Source of the DNA: Octopus sinensis
Lineage: Eukaryota
Length of the DNA stretch: 64,000 nt
Direction: 5' to 3'
NCBI RefSeq assembly: GCF_006345805.1
Contig: NC_043011.1
Coordinates: 19,294,464 to 19,358,463, forward strand
Below are positions 51,721-63,918 of the stretch, piece after piece. The notes beneath the pieces are model-generated. The model saw nothing but the letters and a program-made list of their open reading frames with translations, had not been told where the DNA came from and ran no database searches. The translations under genes were made by a program, and so were the position numbers. Position 1 is the first letter of the stretch, and the number at the start of each line of letters is the position of its first letter.

Positions 51721-53224
51721 GATATACATACAGTTGTTAAATATATATATATACATAAATATATATATATATATTGCGCTGCTACTACAGCATCCTCGTC
51801 TTGCCAAACAAAGGCCTTTTCGTTTTGTTTTTCTCGTTTGTTTTCTTGTCTTTTGATTTCTCGTATTGTATTTTCTTTTTATTTCTCGTTTTGTATTTTC
51901 TTGTACGTGTATCTTTATCTTGTATTTTATTTTGCCTTTGTATCGTTTTTACGTCCTGTTTTTGTCACCTGTTTTTCTTGTCTGTTTTTGCCCCTATGCG
52001 AGGCAATTTTATTTTAATTCTCTCGCAATGAAGGACTAGTTGACGAGTCGTGTACGGTTTTATCCTTCGAAACACGCTTAAGTTAGCTAGAGACAGCTGA
52101 TGAACTGGAGATTTTTCCTGTGTGGTTTGTCCTGTACCTTGTTTTTCTGTTGTAAACAATTATGTTTTTCCCGTTTCCGTTTCGTCTCTGTTTTTTTTGT
52201 TGAAAAAATATGGCTTGTCCGTTTTCGTTTTTCGTTGAGTTCTACGTCTAGTTGCAGTGTCCTGTACTCACGTATATATATTTATATATGCATATATATA
52301 TACATGTAGATGTAGGTACGTACATACATGTTTGTATGCATGCATATATTTTATTTATTACATTATATATATATATATAACATATTTTCAATATAATTTG
52401 TTTGCTATAATATAATTTGATTGCTCGCAAACAATTTGTATTGTACTATGCGGTTATGATGAAAAGAAACTGATTTTTGTTTGCGTCATTTATATGATAT
52501 CGACATTGGTTGTAGTTATATTTCTAAAGAATTTGAATCTCTAATTCGAAACTCAGTGAAAATTCAGAATTACTTTGTGAACATCTAGGAAAATATCGTA
52601 GAATGCTCTCTTTTGATTTATGGTTTACAGTAATATATTCATGGAAATAGGTATTATAATGCTATTCTTATTTAAATATATATTTTATTTATAAGCTACT
52701 CCTTACGATATTTGAAACTTTAGGCAAAGAATATATTACTTCATACTACTTTAATGTAACTTTCGCATATACTTGCGATGATGAGATTGTCTCACCTACA
52801 CAAAGTTAGCTAAAATTTTAGTTCAGATATTTGTTTACCATCTCTCAAAGCGTTGATTGTTTCAATACATGAATATTATTCGCATTTTGTACTTTTGTAC
52901 TTTATATTCATTTATTCCCCATTGTTTCGAATATTCGTGCTACTGAACAAGCTTCATTCATTTCTTATAAGTGTGCGTGCGTGTTCATGATTCTGTATGT
53001 CTGTGTCTGTGCGCGTCTGTCTCTGAATGTGTACGTATGTGCCTGTGTTCCTGTTCCTCTGTGTATGTATGTGCGCATGTAAATATATATATGTATAATA
53101 AATTCCGTCGAGCAGAAGGTACTGAGAGAGGCTTGCCTTCTCTCCTGATGAACGTTTAACTGGTAGCACAGCAAGTAGTTTTGAAATATATATTCTGTTA
53201 TTCTTTATCCTTTTAATGAAGCAA

Positions 53225-53406
53225 CGCCCTGAAGGGTTTTAGACAAACAAATAGACACCAGGACTTATTTTGTAAAACCCAGTACTAATTCAACCGCCTT
53301 GTTTGCCGAATCGCTAAGTTACAGGAACGTAAAACACCAAAACCTGTGTCAAGCGATGATGTGAGAAGAAATACAGACTTAGAGACAAAAACTCATATAC
53401 ATATAC

Positions 53407-53454
<48 letters not shown>

Positions 53455-53590
53455 TTCCTAATGTACCTCACTACCAATTCCACTAACAAGTCTTTGATGA
53501 ACCTGAGTTTATAGTAGAGACACTTGCCCAACATGCCACGCAGTGGGACTAGACCCTGAAACATATGTTTGGGAAGCAAGCATTTTACCA
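53225..53590 (-). mobile_element. Family-A SINE, degenerate near-full copy with internal (TA)n
   Basis: TTGCCCAACATGCCACGCAGTGGGACTAGACCCTGAAACATATG matches the family-A head in reverse. Confidence 0.85.
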
Positions 53591-53629
53591 TATATAAAGA
53601 CTGAGAGAGAGAGAGGGGGGAGAGAAATG

Positions 53630-53757
53630 TATATATATATATATGGACATAATATTGGTTGAATCTACATGCATATATGTATATGTAATATATATATTTA
53701 TTTACACATACATACACACACACGTATATATTATATATATGTTTATATATATATTAC

Positions 53758-53830
<73 letters not shown>

Positions 53831-53855
53831 TATATATATATAGATATATATATGA
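53630..53855. repeat. Interrupted (TA)n microsatellite
   Basis: Direct inspection. Confidence 0.95.
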
Positions 53856-53903
53856 AAGAACAAGTCAAAATAGAAAATGCTAAAATAATTTTATAAAGAA
53901 CAT

Positions 53904-53945
53904 TTCAGTACCGGTTTCGGTCATTTTGAGACCTTTTCAACTGTA
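53904..53945 (-). ncRNA. Minimal type-I hammerhead ribozyme, U3-A8 variant, GUA site
   Basis: CAG-UUGAAAA-GGUC-ucaaaau-GACC-GAAA-CCGG-UA-CUG. Confidence 0.68.
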
Positions 53946-54289
53946 ACGATTAAATAATTTAATTTAGAAAAATTAAGAGAAAAGTATTTTTAAAGGAATA
54001 TTTGTATAGTGTTCAAATATAAGTGGCATTCTGCCTTTCTCTGTCTCCCTTGTTTGCACTTGTGTGTTCGAGGCCGTTGTGAATTCTTGGTAGGGTAGAA
54101 GAAGAAGAAGGTTGATGAGGAGAGGGGGTGGAAAAATTTGGGAGTGCCTTGATGGTCGTATTTTGAACGGTCAGTGGCGGCTAGCAGTTGCAGTTCAATT
54201 CAGGAGAAATATTTCTATTGAAAGGTTTGTTTATGGAATTTGCGTAGGTGTTATACTAAAAAGCATTAGTGATAAAGTTAAGAGGTAGA

Positions 54290-54500
54290 AGGTGGAGGAG
54301 AAGAAGAAGAAGGAGAAGATGACGATGTTGATGATGATGATGATGAAGAAGAAGAAGAAGAAGAAGAAGAAGAAGAAGAAGGAGAAGGAGAAGAAGAAGA
54401 TGATGATGATGGTGATGATGATGACGACGATGATGAAGATAATGATGATGATGAAGAAGAAGAAGAAGAAGAAGAAGAAGAAGAAGAAGAAGAAAGAGAA
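54290..54500. repeat. (GAA)/(GAT)n compound trinucleotide tract
   Basis: Direct inspection; explains the poly-K/M and poly-L/H ORFs. Confidence 0.96.
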
Positions 54501-54949
54501 GGGAGAATATGAATGGGTGAAAGTAGTGAGGTGTTGTATGACTTGAAGTTGGCACGTTATGGATTATAGCTGTGATTGGGGCTGATTTGTAATGGATTCT
54601 TTGGAATGTAATATTTGTGTGTGTATTTCTTTTATTCTAAAGTTGAGGTATATTAATCGTATGCACATATACACAGATAGACAAGTACATAGATATATAC
54701 ATATATCTATATATGCATGTATTTTCAATCAATATTATGCCGATATGACTATGCGTATTTGTGTATGTGTAGTCATGTGATATTTGGCGGAGTTTACCTT
54801 CAAACGTTTCTTAGCAAATATATCATTTAACATATCTGTAGTAGGTACATGAGATTCATAATTAGTTTGTGTTACTTTTGAAAGTCTTTTCGTATTAACC
54901 ATATACCTTGACATTGTTTACTTATTGATTCCTTTGTGTGAGGTGTCTT

Positions 54950-56545
54950 TAGCTTGGTCTCAATCTTTGTCGCTATATATGCAAGTAGTCAAAACATTCT
55001 AATGATGTATACCAGACAGACGGCACTCAAACTCTATCCTGTCCGAACTTCTACAGGGCTGACTGAGAGTCAACTGAAAAAAGGGTTATCAATCAAAATT
55101 GACTTGAAAACAAACGGTACAAAGAGAAACCAGGGCAATGGAAAATATGAAAATACATCCTAATACATTCTAGTAGTTCGCGAAGGAGTCTGCCTCGGTA
55201 CAAAACAATAAGGGCCATGCTTTGAAGAAGACGGCTCGCTACCTGCAGTCCTCAAGAAGACAAGTGAAGTGCTAAATAAATAATGGAGAGTATTTTCACA
55301 CATCCATTAGGAAACAGACTAGTAAGCGAGACTAAAGAGGAAAAATAAGAGAGAACGATTTAATATCTGCCAGCGATGAGATGAGCTCAAATACAGCAAT
55401 TGGCCTGAATGGATGTTCGGTGGCTCTCTTAAAATCATGCCAGAATCCGCTTGCAAAACCTCTTCAAATACTTCGTCAGAGTTTTTAGCCTGCGCCACAC
55501 TTGCCAAGATGTTAAATAAGGGTGTCAAGGGTATCAGATGTATTGTCCATGAAAGAGGATAAAGAGCAGATGCAAAAATTACAGGCCTTGGTCTCTGACT
55601 TCGCATGTTAGCAAGGTCATGGAACACATTGTCAGAAAGAGATTGATCACGTTCCTGGAAGAGAACAACTTGCACCCAAATACACAACATTTTTTCCGCC
55701 CCGAGAAGAGCTGCCTCATATAGCCACAACAACTCAAGCACTCAAATGTGGATGTCAGATATCTCGACTTTGCAAAAATTGATTATGGGATGGTGATTGA
55801 TCACAAACGTCTCGGCCTTGGGTCACTGGAAAACTGGGTGAGTAGCTACATGACCTTTTAAAACACGGATGTCAGACAACTGCAGCCAATGGTGCTCTTT
55901 CTGGAGAGACATCAATCCGCAGTTCAGTTTCTCAACGAACTTTACAGGAACAATTACTATTTGTAGTTGCTCTCTCAGACATGCCCTTCGTCATACAGCC
56001 AGCCACATTCATCAGCTACACTGATTGTACAAGTGTATCATAGACGGTCAAGTGCCCTCATAATATACTAAAAACCGCAAAACGACCCCACAAACAGAAT
56101 ACAATCGGAGTACATAAAATCAAGGGTCAGTGCTATCCTAGATTTAGAATCGGTGCGTGATCTGGGAATCCATATGAATAATTCGGCAATATACAATGTG
56201 CATTTTACCACGATGGCAATACTGAGGAGGTGAGTAGCTTGATGGGTCGTTAGATCATTCAGAACCAAAAATAAGGATACATTGCTTTTCTTATAGAGGA
56301 CATTTGTTCTGTGTCTTCTTGAATACTGCTCCTAACAGTGGTCGCCACAGAGCGTCAAATTAGTGGCGGACTTTGAGGCAATCCAGTGCCACTATACAAA
56401 GAATACTTTGTGAAACAGATGCGCTTGAAGCTGGATTCCATGGAAAGAAGGTGAGAATCGTAGCCAGTGGTATACATATGCAAGATCCTGGAAGTTCTAG
56501 CTCCCAAGTTTGAAATTAAAAGCTATACCAACCACCGCATGGAAT
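54950..56545 (+). mobile_element. CR1-group LINE, degenerate RT through the 3' region
   Basis: Plus-strand remnants LLKSCQNPLAKPLQILRQSFL; ADAKNYRPWSLTSHVSKVMEHIVRKRLITFLEENN; VDVRYLDFAK; late C-terminal YICKILEVLAPKFEIKSYTN. Confidence 0.88.
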
Positions 56546-56734
56546 GATCAATGTTAAACACCATTGGAACTCATAGACAAGGTACAGGAAACTTATATAT
56601 ACACCATTCTGCTTAAATAATGGAACTGTAGATACAATATCCTTACATATCTTCACGTCTATTTTCATTCCCCCACTTCACTCTATATTTTATATTTTCT
56701 CTATTATAACTATTACTTAAACATTCTCTCGCAC

Positions 56735-56784
56735 CGTCTCAGATGAAGGGATGTATAAAATATTCCGGAAATAGCTGTAAGACG
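56735..56784 (+). ncRNA. Minimal type-I hammerhead relic (U4A core mutation), GUA site
   Basis: CGUCU-CAGAUGA-a-GG..CC-g-GAAA-UAGCUG-UA-AGACG; perfect 5-bp stem I; followed by (TA)n. Confidence 0.62.
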
Positions 56785-57005
56785 TCTATATATATATATA
56801 TATATATATGTTCTGAAAAATTTTACAGCATTGGATTTTCCATCTCATTCTGTTAATTTTTATATATATGCATACCAATATACGACCTACATTGGACTAC
56901 TCATTCGTATCATCATCGAACATAAACTTTAATATCCATAGCACATTACTCAGCATTACCTGACACTTTTGGGTCTTCTGGACACTAATACCCCTATTAC
57001 CCCCC

Positions 57006-57041
<36 letters not shown>

Positions 57042-57084
57042 TTGCGTGTATGAGTGTGTATTTGTGTGTGTATGTGTGGGTGTG

Positions 57085-57345
57085 TGTATGTTTGTGTGTC
57101 TGGGTTTATCGCCCCGCCATCGCTTGACTACCGATGCTGGTGCGTTTACGTCCTTGTAGCTTAGCAGTTCGCCAGAAAAGACCGATAGAATGAGTACAAG
57201 GCTTACAACGAATACGTCCTGGGGTAATTTGTTCCACTAAAGGTGGTGCACCATCATGGCCGCTGTCAAATTAGTGAAACAAGTAAAAGAATTAAGGTGT
57301 TTCTCTAGCATGGCCGCAGTCGAATGACTGAAAGAAGTAATAGAA
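57085..57345 (+). mobile_element. Family-A SINE 3' part with a duplicated tail
   Basis: CATGGCCGCTGTCAAATTAGTGAAACAAGTAAAAG followed by CATGGCCGCAGTCGAATGACTGAAAGAAGTAATAG. Confidence 0.85.
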
Positions 57346-57679
57346 TTTGAAAGGATATATTTACATATATACTATATGCATATAAGAAACAGTTGGGGCT
57401 TTATTTAAAGATTATTCTAACAGTTTATTTGTAATATATATTGTGCTACTACATTAGAAGGGAAATCTGGGAATGATTACTGAGCACAAGACCACCCATT
57501 CTGTAGTTATTCTGAAACTTAATAAATATGGAGATATGTATGTGTGTATGTACTGAAAAATCTGCATCAATCTCACGGTAATGAGAGAGCAGATAAGGAA
57601 GTTTAGGTTATAGAGAATATCAGGTCGAGCCCCTAAATATTTCTATAACTTTTCCAAAGAAACATCCTCAGTATGCTAC

Positions 57680-58410
57680 AAGATAGGACCCCTTTTTCAA
57701 AAAGTTGGCTCCCTCACACTAAACCCCATGAGAATAAGTGAAATAGTGAACCAACAGTTCCAAAGTGTGCTCACTGCACCTTTGGAGCACAGGCAAAGGA
57801 ACAAACCAGAAGAATTCTTTGCCGCTTTACTTGTAACCAAAGATGCGAATATTGGTTACATCAGCATTGAAGAAGATGTAACATTGGTCATAGATGAGGT
57901 TGGCACACACTCAACTGCTGGCCCTGATGGACTCCCAGCAGTCTTTCTCAAATCGTGCAAAAGATCCCTAGAAAAACCACTGTAGCTTCTTTTTCAGAGC
58001 TTTCGTGCAAGTGGTAAACTCCCACACAAACTGAAGGAAGGGATAATATGACCTATCCATAAGGAAGAAAGCAACGCAGGTGCTAGAAATTATCGACTTA
58101 TCTATCTGACACATCAACAAGGTCAGGCAACGAATAGTCCACAATAAACTAATCGCGTTCCTTGAAGAAAATTACTTGCTGACTGACACCCACCATGGAT
58201 ATCGACAAGGTACAAGCTGCCTAACACATCTCTCGCAACACTACGATTCGGTGTTTGATCAGGTGCTAAATGACTCAAGTTTGGATGTGATATTTCTCGA
58301 CTTTGTAAAAGTTGGCCATTGTATGATAATGTCACAAAATGCCTAATCTCGGCTATCGTCGGAAAACGTGAAAGTGGGTGCACGGCTTTCTAAAAGATAG
58401 ACGTCAGGCA
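57680..58410 (+). mobile_element. CR1-group LINE RT fragment (same group as 54950-56545)
   Basis: TAGPDGLPAVFLKSCKRSLEKPL; NYRLISLT; HGYRQGTSCLTHLSQHYDSV..SLDVIFLDFVK. Confidence 0.88.
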
Positions 58411-58411
58411 G

Positions 58412-58508
58412 TCTATTAAATGTATGTGAGAAAGGTTGTCAAAATACCTGCCCAGATATTTGATACAATTGAATTCTCTCTCTGTATCTCTTTCCACACA
58501 CATACGTA

Positions 58509-58540
<32 letters not shown>

Positions 58541-58543
58541 TTA

Positions 58544-58576
<33 letters not shown>

Positions 58577-58713
58577 ATATGTGTAGATATATATATGTAT
58601 ATATATATATATGTATATATATATACATTTATATATACATATATATATATATATATAATATATATGTATATATATGTATATTATATATATATGTATATAT
58701 ACATATATATATA

Positions 58714-58767
<54 letters not shown>

Positions 58768-58877
58768 ATATATATATATATTCGTATGTGTGTGGAAAGG
58801 GATACAGAGAGAGAATTCAATTGTATCAAATAACTGGGCAGGTATTTTGCCAACCCTTCTCATATACATTTAATAGA
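58412..58877. mobile_element. MITE/foldback: ~100-bp inverted repeats enclosing a ~265-bp (TA)n tract
   Basis: 58412-~58512 (TCTATTAAATGTATGTGAGAAAGGTTGTCAAAATACCTGCCCAG...) is the near reverse complement of ~58778-58877. Confidence 0.85.
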
Positions 58878-59826
58878 TGTGTATGATGCATGTCGCCCAC
58901 ATTTGCATATCGCAAAAGAAAGAAACATCTAACTCGCCTTTAATCTAATTCAATCTCCATTTCTAGAGAAAATATATGTTGCTGCATACACTAATACAAA
59001 AAGGTTTTTTTTTCATATTTTATTCATTTCAATAGAATAATTGCATTTCGTTTTAAATATCATCATTGTGGATGATTTTTAGTGTTGTACATTGTTCAAA
59101 CCTATTTTATTTAAGAAATAGCTATAAATCTTCCTGTAAATTTCTTCGTTTTTAACATTTAGTTTTCAATATATTTTTTATCAAAGCTATAGTTTCATAT
59201 TTCCAATATATAAGGTGATGTTTCTGATAATATATCAAGCACAGCCATGTCATAAATATTATTGTTTTACTTCTATTCTTAAAAAATAATTCATTCTTGT
59301 ACACTAAGCGTATTTTGTAGGATGAATTTGCAATACACATCTGATTTTTCAATTTCATAATGAAAACAGTATTGTAGTTAAAACGCCTGCGTTTCATGCA
59401 TACGTACCTAGATCTTTTTTTTTTCCTATTTCCTTGAAAAATGATGTATCTTAATAGTATTGTGAATAAATCTTATTTGACAGCAGAAAGCATTTCATTA
59501 AAAAATTTATACACAAATCAAGGCGAACGCGTTGCCCGTTTTGAAGGTATTTGAAAGATATAATGATCAACGTGTTTGATAAAATTCATTCGGATATACT
59601 TACTGAAGTCCAAATTATTCATATTTATTGAATTCGCTTCTCCTTATTTCAGTCTAATTGCTCAAATTGTCCCAACCACACGTCGTTCTACACATGATAA
59701 CGGAATGATATACGTTAAATTCTCTTTTTACTGTTTAGATAATATATATATAAATATTAATATGTAATTATTTTTATTGACTGCATCGGTACGAAAAGTG
59801 TAGCGTGATATATATATATATATATT

Positions 59827-61464
59827 CCTGTCTTCTACCAAGAAATCTAATGCTTACAGCTTAGGTTTTTTTTCTTGGGGCGGCCGAGTTGGAGCAAATA
59901 TCAGAATTGAACAGCCGAAATTTGCTATGATGATTCGGTGTCTGACTGAAGATTGAAGACTTCGAATGATTTGTCTGTGTTCCGGTTCGTTCCCTTCCTG
60001 TATTCACGTTCATTATATATAAAAACATTCATTCTTATATTATTGCGGCGTTACGTGCACCCCCCCCCCCGTTTGTTTGTCCAATTTTAAACCTGCACGA
60101 CTTCTATAAACACTGTCTTTTACTACCCGCCATTGCTTCTTCACCAAACTTTTTGGCGCCCTCCGATTCTTCCCCTCTCTTCTCCCATCCACCTCCCCTC
60201 TTCTCCCATCCTCCTTAATCCCTTCTTTCTCCTTTTCTCTTGGTCACTGATTCTGTCCCCTGCCTTCCACCCTCTTTGATTCCCTCTCTCTCTGTTTTGT
60301 CTCTCTTCTCTATCTCCTGCGACCTGTGCTTCTTCAACCATTCTGTTGGCCTTCGTATCTCGACCAACATGTGTCCCCGCTACCGAAACGGTAATTATTC
60401 TACGCCAGCTGCTATGTTGTTGTGTTTTGTCTCATTTGGTCTAAAGTCGTATGACAACCACCGTTATATATATTTTGTTTATTCATTACTGTTTTCAATT
60501 TCGTTTTCGTCTCTTGTATTCACATCCGTCTTGTGCGTTCACATCCTGTCTTCTACCAAGAAATCTAATGCTTACAGCTTGTTTTTCTTGGGGCGGCCGA
60601 GTTGGAGCAAATATCAGAATTGAACCGCCGAAATTTGCTATGATGATTCGGTGTCTGACTGAAGATTGAAGGCTTCGAATGATTTGTCTGTGTTCCGTGT
60701 TCGTCCCTTCCTGTATTTCACGTCATTATATATAAAAACATTCATTCTTATATTATTGCGCGTTACGTGCACCCCCCGTTTGTTTGTCCAATTTTAAACC
60801 CTGCACGACTTCTATAAACACTGTCTTTTACTACCCGCCATTGCTTCTTCACCAAACTTTTTGGCGCCCTCCGATTCTTCCCCTCTCTTCCTCCCATCCA
60901 CCTCCCCTCTTCCTCCCATCCTCCTTAATCCCTTCTTTCTCCTTTCTCTTGGTCACTGATTCTGTCCCCTGCCTTCACACCCTCTTTGATTCCCTCTCTC
61001 TCTGTCTCTCTTTCTCTCTCTCCTGCGACCTGCTGCTTCTTCAACCATTCTGTTGGCCTTCGTATCTCGACCAACATGTGTCCCCGCTACCGAAACGGTA
61101 ATTATTTCTACGCCAGCTGCTATGTTGTTGTTGTTTTGTTCTCATTTGGTCTAAAGTCGTATGACAACCACCGTTATATTATTTTGTTTATTCATTACTG
61201 TTTTCAATTTCGTTTTCGTCTCTTGTATTCAAATCCGTCTTGTGCGTTCACATTCCTGTCTTCTACCAAAAATCTAATGCTTACAGCTTAGTTTTTTTTC
61301 TTGGGGCGGCCGAGTTGGAGCAAATATCAGAATTGAACAGCCGAAATTTGCTATGATGATTCGGTGTCTGACTGAAGATTGAAGGCTTCGAATGATTTGT
61401 CTGTGTTCCGTGTTCGTACCTTCCTGTATTTCACGTTCATATATATAAAAAGCATTTCATTTAT

Positions 61465-61465
<1 letters not shown>
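59827..61465. repeat. Tandem array, ~2.3 copies of a ~710-718-bp unit, bounded by (TA)n
   Basis: CCTGTCTTCTACCAA starts at 59827, 60545 and 61255; copies differ mostly by 1-3-nt indels. Confidence 0.95.
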
Positions 61466-61495
<30 letters not shown>

Positions 61496-61639
61496 ATAGG
61501 TAGTATATATATATATATAATTAGGTAAGTGTATAATATGCATACAGATAGATATATATATATATATAATATATATATATATATTATATATATATATAAC
61601 ATATATATATATAATAATACTTTCAACAATTGGTCCCTT

Positions 61640-62150
61640 ACAACTGAATACTTGCGTGAAATTGATTAATAATAATTATTTTTACCCTCAATTGTTGAAA
61701 TTATAATTCATCTCTCTCTGTTAAATGCTGCGGTTTTACGGTAATACATGGTGTTGTCAATTTTAACCCACGCTGGTGGAAAGGGGAGAGCAGAAATTCT
61801 TCGCTTGCATATTCGAATTTGATAGCACTTTAGTTCGAGCAGAATTCTAGAGGTGATAAGAAGCCGAAAGGGTATGCTCCCAACTTTCAGTGTTCCCAAA
61901 TCCGATTCAAGGAATTCTGAGCTGACGAAAGAAATGTCGAATTGACTAATCTAGAAACGTACGTTCTCAAATAACTTTGCACTTGATTTTTAATGTTTTT
62001 CCCCCATACCTTTGTGAGTTGGTTAGGCAAGCACTATCTGAGAGAGATCTTCTTTAAGTATTAGAAATAGCTGAAGAAATTTCTTTAGCTGCTATTTCTA
62101 ATGAGTTCAGTATGTGGCAAAGTAATTTATTTTACTACGCCCTTATATAT
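61640..62150 (+). mobile_element. PLE-type pseudo-LTR element homologous to 20110-20780
   Basis: HHR at 61918-61969; TTAGAAATAGCTGAAGAAATTTCTTTAGCTGCTATTTCTAA palindrome; ends in (TA)n. Confidence 0.7.
61918..61969 (+). ncRNA. Minimal type-I hammerhead ribozyme, GUU site
   Basis: UGAG-CUGACGA-a-AG..CU-a-GAAA-CGUACG-UU-CUCA; core intact; palindromic stem III ACGUACGU. Confidence 0.78.
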
Positions 62151-62154
62151 AATG

Positions 62155-62197
<43 letters not shown>

Positions 62198-62944
62198 GAA
62201 TACTAAATTTCTAAATATCGCAGAGAGATATAAGCTGTTGTGGAACGATAGAGCATTTGTATACTGTCAACTTAACGTGACAGTCCCATGAAGGGAATCA
62301 CACATCACCGCTATTTAGCCTTAGGAAGCAGCAACGCTTCCTGTCGGGCTTGACACATTTCTTGTGTCTTTATGTTTACAAAGGGGAGACAAGCACCCCC
62401 AACAGTTAAGCCTGCACCCAGATGCATTCTGTATAGTATTCCAATACCAATGTAGAGTACTATGCTTTATTAAAACGCAGCACAAATATCACAAAAGCTG
62501 TTACTCAGAGTTTCATGTTCCCGTTTATCGGACAGCTTTGTTTAGAATGGAGCAGTATAAAGTTATATGAAGAAATACAATTATTTTGATAGATACACAT
62601 TTGAAAATGATTGGCGTTCGTATAAGCATCGATGTGCGCACATATTTGTTTCTATATATGCGCACTATTTATTCGTATATTTCTATGCGTATCGATATGT
62701 GTGTGTATGCGTGTGTTTTTGTATGCTTGTTTGTATTAATTTTATGTGTGAGTTGTTATATGTGCGCGTTTCGCAAGCTGGACGAAGTATCAAACTTTGG
62801 TTAGATACTTATACGAACGCCAATCATTTCACTCTCTCTACCTCTATATGTTTCCCCTTTTTCTTTCTTTTTTATTTTCCTTCTTCTCTTTCTCTCCCCA
62901 ATTGTTATTTGATTTCTTCCTTTTCTTTCTTTCGCCTGTAGCAA

Positions 62945-63240
62945 CTGATTTGTATAAGCATACACCAGGAGGTTTTGTGCGCGTGCTTGAGTGTGAAAGG
63001 TAAGAGAGTCGAGTTTGCTGGACGTTGTTGTAGAGCTGAAAAAGAGGTAATTTTTACTCTTCTCCTCTGGAAGCCATCTACTCGCAATACCAGAGGGCGC
63101 ACACTCTCCTACCCTGATGTAATCTCCAGGGATACAGGCATCCAGCAACAGGACCTCCGTAATGCCATGATGGACCGTGAAGTCTGGCGTAACATAGTAC
63201 ATTCCATTATCTCGACCACGGTCGAACAATGATGATGATG
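62945..63240 (+). mobile_element. RTE-clade LINE 3' end with (TGA)n tail
   Basis: ORF 62975..63232: RVEFAGRCCRAEKEVIFTLLLWKP...DLRNAMMDREVWRNIV, then TGATGATGATG. Confidence 0.88.
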
Positions 63241-63742
63241 AATGTGCGTGCGTACATGTATACGCATTTGCATATATTTATGTTTTGCCTATATATGTCT
63301 GTATAAGTATGTAGCCATGTACCTACGTCTGTACGTTTAGTGTATATATGTATATTATGTATTGCTTGGTATATGTATGTATTGCTAAATGTATATGTAT
63401 TTTAGCATAAATTTTTAAAACGGATATATGTTTTAATTTATTAATGTATTATTAGTGTTACCGCTAATTACTTTTCCTGGGTGTTTAGGCAATTTTCCTT
63501 CTTCGTATGCTATTTTAAATCTAAGGTTTTCTTCGATTTTAGTAATAATATGATTTTAATCCGCAAATTGTTATTTTATGCAACCGGTTATTGAAAAGAC
63601 GGTTAGTTGAAAGGATCAATGAAACAAAACCATTTTTAAATACGTATATATCAAATTAATTGCATTTCTGCGTATAACATTATCTCGATCCATTCTAATC
63701 AAAACTGTCCGACGAACACGAACGTTAATTCTGGTGTGTATT

Positions 63743-63786
<44 letters not shown>

Positions 63787-63868
63787 GGTCCCGGGTTGAT
63801 TCGGGGTTAACCAAGTAAATAAGGTACTCAATACATAGCAGAGTAAAATTAATTTATTATATAGAAGG

Positions 63869-63918
63869 AGCTTCTACAGGACTAGAACTGTTTCATTCAA
63901 GAGAAATCATCAGAAGCT
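63869..63918 (-). ncRNA. Type-I hammerhead-like motif with a true stem III hairpin, in a PLE-type repeat next to (TA)n
   Basis: AGCUU-CUGAUGA-uUUC-ucuu-GAAu-GAAA-CAG-uucuaguc-CUG-UA-g-AAGCU; one extra nucleotide 3' of the cleavage triplet. Confidence 0.7.

Noticed and set aside
52030-52110. Hammerhead-like pieces (TTGACGA...CGAAAC; downstream CTGATGA), and similar pieces at 26160-26230
   Set aside because: Stems I and III could not be closed in type I, II or III topology; at best a decayed pLTR.
53115-53195. CTGATGA after a GAGAG/CTCTC hairpin with a distant GAAA
   Set aside because: No NUH site or stem III complement.
55319-55741. 140-aa minus-strand ORF
   Set aside because: Antisense shadow of a plus-strand LINE RT.
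60240-61291. Repeated ORFs in the tandem array as duplicated genes
   Set aside because: Frames are not conserved between copies and the sequence is low-complexity; no domain.
61748-61822. GGKGRAEILRL resembles the GST/S-crystallin N-terminus (RGRAEIxR)
   Set aside because: Short match followed by two stops; the homologous 20.6 kb copy does not keep the motif.
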